Shown here one piece after another: positions 42,927 through 53,339 of a stretch of 64,000 nucleotides of DNA. Every line of letters begins with the position of its first letter. Position 1 is the first letter of the stretch. The notes beneath the pieces are model-generated. The model was not told where the DNA came from. It did not search any database and worked only from the letters and a program-made list of their open reading frames with translations. The translations under genes were made by a program, and so were the position numbers. Source of the stretch: Schizochytrium sp. TIO01 (taxonomy: Eukaryota > Protista > Bigyra: Labyrinthulomycetes). The stretch spans positions 1,426,001 to 1,490,000 of the forward strand of contig SMSO01000035.1 of assembly GCA_004764695.1 (NCBI GenBank). Direction: 5' to 3'.

Positions 42927-45752
42927 CTAATCGCTAGAAAGCACAAGACCTTGCGGAGGAGTGATGTCCCTGCCACTAGCCAGAAGAACAGGACCTCGCA
43001 GTGGCAAAGCCTTCTTCGCATCCACAGAAAGGCGCAACAGATACCGGATTCGTACCTGGTTAGTATTGTACACGACAAACTCGTTCGCATTGCATGAACT
43101 ACGAATCTCGTTCTTCTTGCATTTTCCAGTAGGAATTGTAATACCATCCACAGTGCGGAGATCAGCTTTAGGATCCGGAACAATAGAACCCATTGCATGA
43201 GTGGAATGTGTCCCAGGCCGTGGTCTCTCCATGTACTCGTCATGGTATGCCTCGTACTCGGTGCCAAGAGCCACCTCACAAGCCATTATCAACATCTCAG
43301 AGGAGCCTGAAGTACTGCAATAGTTGGCACTCTTGGAAACTGCATCTGCAAAGTAGACACCTTTGCCAAAGCGATAGCCTGAACACGGCGCTTCAGGCGG
43401 TGCAATACGCAGCCCTTGTGAGAGAATTCCACAGTAGTTTGTTGTCCGGCTTCCGTGCCACAAAAGCTTGTGGTTATGAAGCTTTCCTCCTGCTTTGGCA
43501 AATTGATTAGTCTCGCCTTCACGAGATACTGCAAAAGCGTCAACCAACTTGAGGGCGCCCCAGCGATTGTTGTCCAGTGATTTGGTATTTCGAACCCATT
43601 GTCCAAGTCGTTTCCAATCAAGACCTCCAACCTCAAGAGGCTCGAGCTTGGTTCTAAGCAAATCATATTTTTCTTCGGCTTCAAATTTCGTGGATGTTGA
43701 GTTTTCGGTATCATTCAAAAACCGCGTTGCGACTTCCATGTCACGCAAGGCATCAACCAGCTCAACCTTTTTAGCTACCTTGTCTTCTGAATCAATGACT
43801 GCGATTGAAACAGAGGGAATGATATGAAAGAACTTGTTCGAGAGAGTGAGAAGCTGCTGTTGCCTGTGCGTATGGTCTCTGGAGGGAGTGGTACCGCTTA
43901 TGACGTCTGAAATTTCTGACAATGTCTTGTAACCTTTGTCCACATGAGTAGTTGTAAGAGCGCCGAGAGGAAACTTTTGTAAATCGATCTCCATTTCTAA
44001 CATCGCAGACTCCATCAGCTTCTTGTTGAATATCAGTTCGACTAGATCGACAACTCTAGAATGAAGCTTTGTATTTGTTGTACGAGTGGAAGATGCCTGG
44101 CATTGGCCATCGCTCGCGGCTGCAGCAACTTTATTAGAATCAAGGAATCGTGTTTCAACAAACTCAAACCTTCCAGGCATTTTTGTAAAATGACCCCGGG
44201 TATCCCAATCATTGCCAGTCTTCTCTGCAAAGAGTTGTTGGAAAGCCAATATGGCATCACTTGCCGAATGGTACGTATCCAAGTAATGACTCCCGATCGT
44301 GGTTCCAGTACGGCCATGTTCACGGGCAACATAATACTTATTTCCATGCTGGATCACTTGCATTTTGTAGAAAGTATTGTACCCCTGAGCAATGTCTGCC
44401 TTTGATAGCACCGCATGGAAGATAGATTTGCCACCCAGGTCTAGCACTCTTGCAGACTTTCCTAGTTGCTTACGTGCATGACGGTGCACGGCAACGCGTG
44501 CTCCCTTAAGAATCAGCTCTTTTTCCTCCAAATATTCTTCTATATCATATTCGTCCTCAGAATGGAAGTCATCACTACTGCGAGACACATGTATTTGATA
44601 TTTCGTAGGGTCGATCAAGACATTACTGGCGATGGAGTGTTTAATAAAAGTTTCTCGAACGATGCTCACGCCATATTTTAAAGCTGTCTTAATTTTTGGA
44701 TTCGCACGAAAAAATTGGTCAGGATCCTCAATCAAAAATGAAACTTTTGACGTGACCCTGGGGCTCCAAAGCCCTCCATGGAACTCAATAAGCTTCTTAA
44801 TGTCACCCAATTCTCCTTTCTTGGCTTCTTGAAGACGACAATGTGAAAATGTAAAACCGGAAAATAGCTTTTGTCCCTGGAGTGGTTTACCAGTATCGGG
44901 CTTTCCAACAGGGATTCGGGCTTTCTTGAACGCTAAAGCAAGGCGCTGGATGGCTTGGCCAAACTTCGAAGGTACGAAAGGTTTTTCTTCTACAGCTTTT
45001 TTACCACCCTTACCCATTCTGGATTTAGGGGCCTTTTCAGGGGGTGGGAATACGAAGGGAGCTGTTTTGAGATCCTTTGGAGCAATAATATAAGGGCAGT
45101 TGGAGTATTCAAGCACAGCACCGCAACACCAGTTACCTGTATCCTCACAAAATCGTAGTGGCCATTCAGAACTGCAATCTGGGCAGGTTGGAGGGACCCC
45201 AAACTGAATTAGCTTGGCCACCCGAGGTATCAATGTTTCAGTTCGTTCTCCTCCCTTCGTGTATACGTGGTTCGTCTTAAGCAGACTTCGAAGCTGCGCT
45301 AAACTTACATGAGCAGAGAGTTCATCTTTAATTTGCCAGAGTTCATCACTTTGCACAGAGAATGGCACAGAGTCTTTTTTATAGCGCTTCACATCTTCTT
45401 TTTCATCTTCTACATCTATATTGCGTTTATTTTTACCTTTCCCTTTGGTCTTAGCGTTGCTCTTTTTCTTCGTCAAGTCAGGGCCCCTTTCCTCAAGCTT
45501 CTGGTCAATACATTCTTGGTCTTGTGGGCGAAGTTCACCGAAGCCTTCCAGAATAGCAGAGCTTGCTAAACCTCGAGGCTTCATAAAAAAGCAATTAAAG
45601 TGATGCCAATGCGGATCCAATCCGTCCCTATACGCGCTTTGTACAAGCATAGCGAGGCGCAGGTCTCCTTGCGAAATCTTCTTCGAACATCCTCTGCAGG
45701 TAGAACGACCACTTTTGGCATAATCAGTTTGGTATCTTTGACGAGATGCCAT
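42927..45752 (-). CDS. PARP1: Poly(ADP-ribose) polymerase, PARP1-like copy B (zf-PARP, PADR1, BRCT, WGR, regulatory, catalytic)
   Basis: ATG at 45752 (MASRQRY), same start as copy A. Single zf-PARP; canonical-looking BRCT (FSGFTF...IKKLIEFHGG...KIKTALKYGVSIVRETFIKHS); catalytic H-Y-E triad intact. Confidence 0.95.
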   Translation of the reverse strand: MASRQRYQTDYAKSGRSTCRGCSKKISQGDLRLAMLVQSAYRDGLDPHWHHFNCFFMKPRGLASSAILEGFGELRPQDQECIDQKLEERGPDLTKKKSNAKTKGKGKNKRNIDVEDEKEDVKRYKKDSVPFSVQSDELWQIKDELSAHVSLAQLRSLLKTNHVYTKGGERTETLIPRVAKLIQFGVPPTCPDCSSEWPLRFCEDTGNWCCGAVLEYSNCPYIIAPKDLKTAPFVFPPPEKAPKSRMGKGGKKAVEEKPFVPSKFGQAIQRLALAFKKARIPVGKPDTGKPLQGQKLFSGFTFSHCRLQEAKKGELGDIKKLIEFHGGLWSPRVTSKVSFLIEDPDQFFRANPKIKTALKYGVSIVRETFIKHSIASNVLIDPTKYQIHVSRSSDDFHSEDEYDIEEYLEEKELILKGARVAVHRHARKQLGKSARVLDLGGKSIFHAVLSKADIAQGYNTFYKMQVIQHGNKYYVAREHGRTGTTIGSHYLDTYHSASDAILAFQQLFAEKTGNDWDTRGHFTKMPGRFEFVETRFLDSNKVAAAASDGQCQASSTRTTNTKLHSRVVDLVELIFNKKLMESAMLEMEIDLQKFPLGALTTTHVDKGYKTLSEISDVISGTTPSRDHTHRQQQLLTLSNKFFHIIPSVSIAVIDSEDKVAKKVELVDALRDMEVATRFLNDTENSTSTKFEAEEKYDLLRTKLEPLEVGGLDWKRLGQWVRNTKSLDNNRWGALKLVDAFAVSREGETNQFAKAGGKLHNHKLLWHGSRTTNYCGILSQGLRIAPPEAPCSGYRFGKGVYFADAVSKSANYCSTSGSSEMLIMACEVALGTEYEAYHDEYMERPRPGTHSTHAMGSIVPDPKADLRTVDGITIPTGKCKKNEIRSSCNANEFVVYNTNQVRIRYLLRLSVDAKKALPLRGPVLLASGRDITPPQGLVLSSD

Positions 45753-47015
45753 CCTTGCGAGTGTGGTGAGTTTTGTAGGTATAGCTCTCACTGACGCTCT
45801 GTTGCTTTGTTTACATAGCCAGAGCTGCAGGGAGTTCCGCACCTGCTGGCCTGTTCAATGTTGTCAATGCAACTACTAGCAACCCAAAAAGGGAAAAAGT
45901 TTACCGTTGTTGTCTGACTGACTGCTTAAAGCTGCAGTTCGTAGTCTGTCTTAAATTCTCAAGTTGTGATTTAGTTGTGTTGTCGGGCTCTAGAGTCTCG
46001 CTGCCAATCAACATGAGCCTTGTAGGTCTGATGAATATTTCTTGCGATACTATCTTGCACCGCTAATTCTTGTATTTTAAGGCCGCCTATAAGATACAGA
46101 TACCATTTATGTTATTAGGAGATTTGATGACAAGGTTTGCGCACCGCTTTGTGAAAAGTCGAAGCAAGAATCCACATATCGTAGATGCAATGACCAAAGC
46201 AGAACATTTTTGTTAACTTGTGTTGGTAACAAGGTGGAAGTCAATATTATGAGGCTGGCTGTCCATATAAAGTAAACCTGAATAGGGGACATGAGGGCTT
46301 GGGACCTGAAATTATTGAAGAACCCTGGGATTCGCTAGAATGAAAACCCATTAGACAGCTTGTGGGAGCACCTGATTGTGAGTTGAGGCGCTTTCTCGTA
46401 TTAAGTTCCAGAGCGCGCCGAATTGAGCAGAACCAAAGTATGGATGAAACTAATAGTTCGAGTCCGTACATATTGGTTTTATCTTCACGATACTAGGTAG
46501 TCACGTTTATCCTAAATAATGCACGGCCATCTCCTTCATTTTTATTGCTACTCATCTCTAATGAGAGCGGCATTATGTTTAAAAATAGTCTTAAATCTTG
46601 ACAGCCCGGCTCAGACAATTGTTGGTCTGGGACTTTGGCTTATAATTGCTTGCATGATAGTACTAGCAAAGGTTGTGTTGCGAGTTGGATCCGGGGCCAT
46701 TTACTTAAAGAGAGTAACCTGTGTCAAGGAGAATGGCCGAGCATATGTCGCAGTTTTGCGAATAAGAAAACAGACATAAGACCATCAGTATGAACTAAAC
46801 TTTTTATCTAATCTCTCGCGAGTCAGAATGAAACTCAATGACTACAGTGCAAAGACAAAGACAAGTGTTTGCATGAATTCAAAGCTCACAATACCACAGC
46901 TATGATGTAAACAAGAAAAATTTGTTGAAATTGTTGGCTGTATACTAGATTAACTAGACTGCTCGTGCTGCATGCGACAGCCAGGGTGCAACATGCTTAG
47001 GAGTTGGTGATCAGA

Positions 47016-47822
47016 TTATTCGCGCTCGATTTTGTATTCAATCTCGCTCACGCCAATGGACGCATCTGCATCCTCATCGTAGTCAAAGAAGTCGTCCTCA
47101 GCGAAGCTTACCTCGTTAAACATCTTACCAGACTCAGCTTCAACCGTGAAGAAACCATCCTTATGGTTCCATTCAATAGGTTCCATGCCACGGCATTCAA
47201 AGCCAATGACAGTGACGTACTCACCAGCAGTATCAGCAGTCAAGTATGAGATCTGGGCCTTCTTGGGCTCCACGACATTGAGCCAGGCTTCCTTTTTCTG
47301 GCCAGGGAACTTGAGTTTAAAGTTGCAGGTTCCACGGCTACCAGTAATCTCCTCCTCATTGGTGGGGTCAACAATGACATCCCGAGTCTCATCACTTGAA
47401 GAGTCCTGGACCTTGAGACTCCATTGCTCGGGGAACTTGACCTTCGCAACGTTCTCGAGCTCCGCTTTCACCATCAATTTGTAGACCTGTGCCATATATA
47501 TGATCAAAATAGAATCCAGTCAAAATTCATCAGCCTTCAGCATGCATCACTTATTCTTGATTGATGATTGAGCTCGCAACGATCACAACACAACTTCGCG
47601 CACAAAGTAGGCGCTTGGTGCGTCTTTTACCTCTTCTTCGTCTTGTTCAGGTTTGTTTGTCCTTGTGTGACTCTTCCTGCGTTTCTGGTCGAAGGATCGA
47701 ATATTCTGTGCGCATTCCACACCAAACAACAGGCCTCTTATTTTGCATCCACAAATGAGGCAAGAAGCACAAGGGCGCGTTGTTACTGCTTACTCTGCAC
47801 GGAAAGAGGGACTTACCACCAT
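47016..47822 (-). CDS. CZIB: CZIB/C1orf123 (DUF866, UPF0587) family protein lacking CXXC motifs; two exons (47822-47817 and 47486-47016)
   Basis: Exon 1 is ATGGTG followed by a GTAAGT donor; the 330-nt intron 47816-47487 ends in ACAG; the spliced start is MVVYKLMVKAELENV. Motifs GSRGTCNF, FECRGMEPIEW, AESGKMF, DFFDYDE...IGV. Confidence 0.88.
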
Positions 47823-48251
47823 GGTTCTCAATCGCTTGCAAGGGACGTGTTGTTCCAGAGCAATATTTCAGATTTGCTTGACTTTGTATTCCTCTTGATT
47901 TTATAGTAGGTACCTAGGTACTACCAGTAAGGTTGGCGGCAATAACTAACTAATGTCGAGTTGTAGTTTATCCTTCCTTCAGAGTTAGATTTGATGAGAG
48001 GGAAAAAGTATACTCATGAGGAAGTGCAAAGGTAAACATATTTTGGACAAGAAGAGGTTCTAACGAAGCAACAACTCGCCAGTAGTACCACCATATCATG
48101 TTAATGATATTACCAGGGGGAATTCAAAAGGAAGCATTCTTGAAATGTTTGCTTTAGTTTTCAGGTTTGGAAAAGAGGGTATAAAAATACCTTATAAAAT
48201 ATCAATTGAAAAAAGCCACAGCCTAGAGGTTGTTGAGTAGAAATATTAATA

Positions 48252-51008
48252 TCAGTACAGGGCTGATGTAAATGAGGGGTGAGCATTGGTACATTGTTTG
48301 TCGAATATTTCAACAGTTTCACCAAGAAAACGATCACGGTGCTCGATTGGCCAGCGCGTGCCATCCTCTGGTGTAAGATCAGGTTTTGATGGGAATTCAT
48401 AGAGACTGCGGCGATAGATTAGTTCATCAGGGCGGTCATACGCAACGAAAATAGTCTCCAGGAGGCCAACGCAGTAACCCTCCGAATCCCGAACCGTACA
48501 GTTAAGGATCATGCGATGCCCATAATCGTTCGCTTCAAGTTTACACATGTAAGTCTTTTTAGGCAATTCACCGAACCAGAGCACGGGGCCATCAAAGGGA
48601 AAAGGGCGTTCCTTCAAATCGGTCTTGAATTCATACAAGGACTGCATATTCATTGGAACTGTACCATTGCCTAGTCGAATGTAAATACTTTGATTTGTAA
48701 CCTTGAATGAAAGCTGTAAAAAGGCACGAGAAAGGGCCGTGGCAACGACCTTGTTGAACATACCAGTTTTATCGCACATGAGATTTTGGAAGAACTCATC
48801 ATCATACTCCGAATGAGGTGACTTGCGCATGAGCCAGCTTGCAGAAAGCAAATTAAATTGATGTACAACAGGAATGCTGTACCAATTCTTTTCGAGGCGA
48901 GCAAGACTCTTCGCAGACACAAGGCTGTGTAGAAATTGTTGAAGCATTTGCACATCATCCTCATCCAATGTATCATCTCCAGCACGAGCGCCGCCTAAGA
49001 CGTCTTCGAGGCAGGAACGAACAATCATTTCAAAACGATTGAACAACTTGAGTACAGCACGGCGCTGTGGCTTGCCCTCCGTCATCCGAGACAGGCCCTC
49101 GTCTGTGATACCTTCCTGTTCACCTTGCGTGGCTCCGGGCGAGTCCATAGAAACCTGCGCAAAGAACTCTGACATACGCTGGCTCATTTGCGTATCTAGG
49201 GCGATAGTAGAGAGAACAATGTTGCCAACATCATCTGAACCAGAAGAGGAAGAGCGTCGTAAGGGGCGAGACGTCGACGAAGAGGAAGACGAGGAAGCAC
49301 CAGGTTTCGTATAAGGTGCTGCAGCAGGATTGCTACTGCTGTTAATATTATTGTGACTGCTCGTTGAGGATGCAATGGAAGAGGAGCAAGAGCTTGAATG
49401 CGTTTGTGCCGATGGATAACTATTATCATAGTGTTCAACACTGTCGATACGATCACTGCGAGGAGAAGCAGTACAAGCTTCAGAACTTGAGGAAACACTT
49501 GTTGAGGAGGGTGCAGAGTCATCCGTAAATTGGTCGAGATTGTCAAAATCAAAGAGCGGCTCAAGATCAAGCAACGTATCCGCGAGCTCATTGGACTTTA
49601 AAGCCTCACAGAACATAGGCGCAGTAATGCGTGATGCTACTTCGCTTTGAATCATATAATGCCTGTTACGACGCTTCTCGCGAGCATCCGCGCGTTCTCT
49701 CTTGCAATATTCAAGAATTGAGCGCAGTAATGACTCGCGTGCCTCTGCACGAAGGCGAACGCTGCGATGACCGTAGTCGTCGCTAGAGCTTGGAACGACT
49801 GGACATTTGCGTTTCGGGCGGGCATCAGGGCTTGCTGCATCGGGTTCCATCTTCACACGTACCTCCGTAGTTTGATCCTTCTCTGGAGCGTCTGGTGATG
49901 AGCATGGATCGTATTGAGGACTGTGAGGATGTGCTTCCACAGGTAGACCAGCAGACTCTTGGGGATTAAGAGAGACATCAACAGGCCTGGTGTTGGCTTG
50001 ATTTTCTTCCTGTTGTGCATCACTCTCTTCCTTTACATGCGTTGTTGTATCAGCTTGTTCACGGCGGCGACGTAAAACGGTGCGTGCAGAAGTGAGTTTG
50101 AAGGGTGAAGACTCGCCCACACCAACGAGGCGAAGCCACAAAGGATTGTTGGAGTCGATTTGGAAAACAAAAATGAAGAGGCAATGCTCAAGGTTGCTTG
50201 TATGTTTATGTCCAGTCCAGCGATAATCCCATCCCATGTAGTCTTCGTTTGCATAAAATTGAGCTTGGCCAGGGTTGTCGAATGAAACGCGGCAGGGCAG
50301 AAACTCATTGCGAGGATTCTGTTTACTGCGTTCTAAAGCACGCATTGTATCGAGACTAGCACCTCCGTCTCGTTTGAAATCACAAGCTTTTTGTGACTCT
50401 TTTAGATCTAGGGCGGCCCAAGCGTAAAAGCCGTCCTTAGTATTCGTAGGGGGCACTTGTAAGACGCCTTTGACAGCACACCCGCAGAAGCCTTTTGCAT
50501 TATGCTTCGACTCTGGACCACATTGTGGGAAACAACGCAAGTTCTTGGTACGCGTGCGGGAGTTCCAACGACGTTCGTAACAGGGCTTGAACCCCATTGC
50601 CTTTTGATCATCACGTACAGCGTAAACTTGCACAGTGTTGTAGCTGGGAGATGATGCCAGTGCGTGGGGAGGAGAAGTAGTAGTACTGTTTGATGCCTGT
50701 GTAAGTGTTTTTTCAGGATTGGGAAGTTGAGGTGGTTGCTGATTGTAATGCGCTGGAGCTTGTTTCCCAGGATATCCTACACTAGGTTGTTCTCGAATAG
50801 ATTGCAGGGTCTCGATATTTGATCCTGAGTGAAAAACATTAGACTGTGGTGTGTTAATGGGAGGAGCTGGCATCAATAGAGGGTCGAAGCGTGGAGTGTC
50901 AAGGAAATTAGGTTGTTGGAGGTGATGTTGATGCTGTGCATTAGCCACAGAGCTGGGTACACTCGAATTGAATAGGTGTGGACGTTGTTGTTGCTCCAGA
51001 TGATGATG

Positions 51009-51050
<42 letters not shown>

Positions 51051-51644
51051 CTGTTGCGCAAAGAACACGGAGGAAGTATAGTTGTTATCGTACATGTTAG
51101 GCATTTGGGCATACCCCGGCCTGGTCATAGCAGGATTAGAAGGATCAATAGGAGGGTAAGATGGAGCTTCAGCGCTCCTGGAGTTATTTGGATGGAGATG
51201 CGCACCTTGATTAGGGTCGAGAACCGGAGACGTCTTAGATGTGTGCTTTCGATCACTAAGATCAGGGGTAGAGGTTAACATTCCTCCGGGAGGCCCAAGG
51301 AAATGTGCTGAATCACCAAGATAATACAAAGACGAATCTTGCGATGATACATGTGGCTGGTGAACATGCTCTGGATCATCATAAGCCCCAGTTCTACCAT
51401 TTTCTAGCGGTGGAAGGTAATTTGTCCATTGGCTAACTGGTACGCCCGAAGAGGTGCCGTATGAATGTGTCACAGGCGAGCCAAAATTACTGCTATTTGC
51501 TGAAGCTGAGTTGTATTGCAGGCTAGACTCTTCAGAGTCACTCCCAGTAGTAAAAGAATGGGTGTTCTCATAAAGGTCAAGTGGGGAGGTAACTGATGTG
51601 AGGTGAGAGGAACCTTTGTTTCCCCTCTTGCTTGCAAAGTCCAC
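48252..51644 (-). CDS. Large polyQ/Ser-rich protein with a Cys/His domain (KNLRCFPQC...H...GFCG), putative transcription factor; start unresolved
   Basis: 1130-codon ORF; Q/H/P-rich N-terminal half; globular domain ~50600-50080 followed by LRRRR; Ser-rich linker; globular C-terminus. First in-frame ATG is at 51281. ATGATG at 51714 is one base out of frame. Confidence 0.8.
51006..51056 (-). repeat. (CAG/CAA)n coding microsatellite, polyQ tract
   Basis: (CTG)n and (TTG)n on the plus strand; encodes QQQEQQQQQQQQQQQQ. Confidence 0.95.
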
Positions 51645-53270
51645 TGCGACTGGTCCATTATTGACTTTTCCGGAGGATACTCTATCACCATCCAGACTGA
51701 TGTGGTCTCATCATGATAGATAGTATCTATTATACTTCGACAACAACAGAGGGGACGAGTCTCGTGGTAATGTGCCTGCAGATGATTTTAGTGAGTACTT
51801 AATGAAAAACCAAACACGTGTATTTTGACCGCAAGAACCTTGCGTAGATGAGAGTCTTGCCCGCACAGGCGAGGGATCCAGCAGGGTCTGTTCTTGGTAT
51901 TGACCACCAAGCCTCCCAATTTCAAAGTTATTAAGACCACTTGTCCTCGACCGAAAAGAACAGTTGTTTCGCAGGCACGGACTCGTATCAAGATCTTCTG
52001 GGCTCCAATCTCAGAGCTCCTGAGGTGTATCACTTATTTGAAATGAAGACTAGGCAGACCTTCCTCTAGAAACCAAATACTTGGGTCTTCTATAGCGTTA
52101 ACTTCTCCTTTCAAAGCAGCTCAACGCTGTCTTCAGCTAGGCAAAGGAGTTGTGCTCCAGGCGACAAGTTAAGAACACCACGAAGCGCCACGCAATACCA
52201 GAGAAGGAGGAGAAGAAGAAGAAGAAGAAGAAGAAGAAGAAGAGGTAAAAAGAAAGAAGCCTGTGCGCCTCCTCAGCCGAGTCTGCTGCCGATCCGCTCC
52301 TTCCGCAGGACCAAGGTAGGGCGGGAGGGGCAAGACGCCTGCCAGGAAGTTAGAGCTTGCGAGCAAGCTAGCTTCGCCACGAGGGGGGGGCGCAAAGCGC
52401 CAACAGGGAGAGCAGTCGTAGGGGCGACCACGACCACGACCACGACGAGTAGGTCTCTAAGAAAGCGATTTGAGAGACCAACACAGAAAGCAAAAAGAAA
52501 GAATAAATAAATTAGCATGGAAAAGAATAATAACATATAACTAACTAACTCTTTCTGTCTTTCTGTCTTTTTTATATGAATGATCCTATGTTTGATATGT
52601 ACAATTTTTAATATTTAGTTTACTTTTATCATTCTGAGAAACACCTTTTTGGTAATTCGAGAAGAGAAAAAACTTGGGTTTATACATTTAAATTATAATA
52701 AACACATATATCTTGAGTACTATTCTAGTGTGTCTTTCGTTTCTACTTTTCATAAATAAACATATTTCGTTCTTATTGTTATTTTATTAGAGAAAGAGAA
52801 AGAGACCAGTTCAAATCCATTCAAGCTCAGTAAATCCACAGCATTTACTGTAGACACGACAGGAACTCAAGAAAGCGAGAGCAGAAGGCCCTGAAAAGGG
52901 CCCATCTTCGATCTCCAAGACCATTAAACAGGTTTTTTTTAGAATCGCCTCATGACCGGTAGGTACGTAGGTAGGTAGGTGTCAGTTCCTCTCTCTCTCC
53001 CTCTCTCTCCTCCTTTCTTCTTTCTTCCTCTCTTTCAAGGTTAGTTTCTCGTGATCATTTGAAATAAGCTCTAGGAGCCGCCTACCTGCCAATAGCGCAT
53101 GCATCCTAAAACAAAAACAAACAAAGACGGCGAGTCTTGAAACTAAGAAGCAACTAACTAACTAACTAACTAAGTAGCTATTCATTGGACATGGTTCCGC
53201 ATAAACTCTGCTTTCCATGATCATAGAGAGGCCACTAACCAACAAGAAAGCCTTTCTTTCATCCTTCTCT

Positions 53271-53339
<69 letters not shown>

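Noticed and set aside
38022-44405. Duplicated alternative-frame and antisense ORFs inside both PARP genes
   Set aside because: They are shadows of the PARP coding sequence and recur only because the DNA is duplicated.
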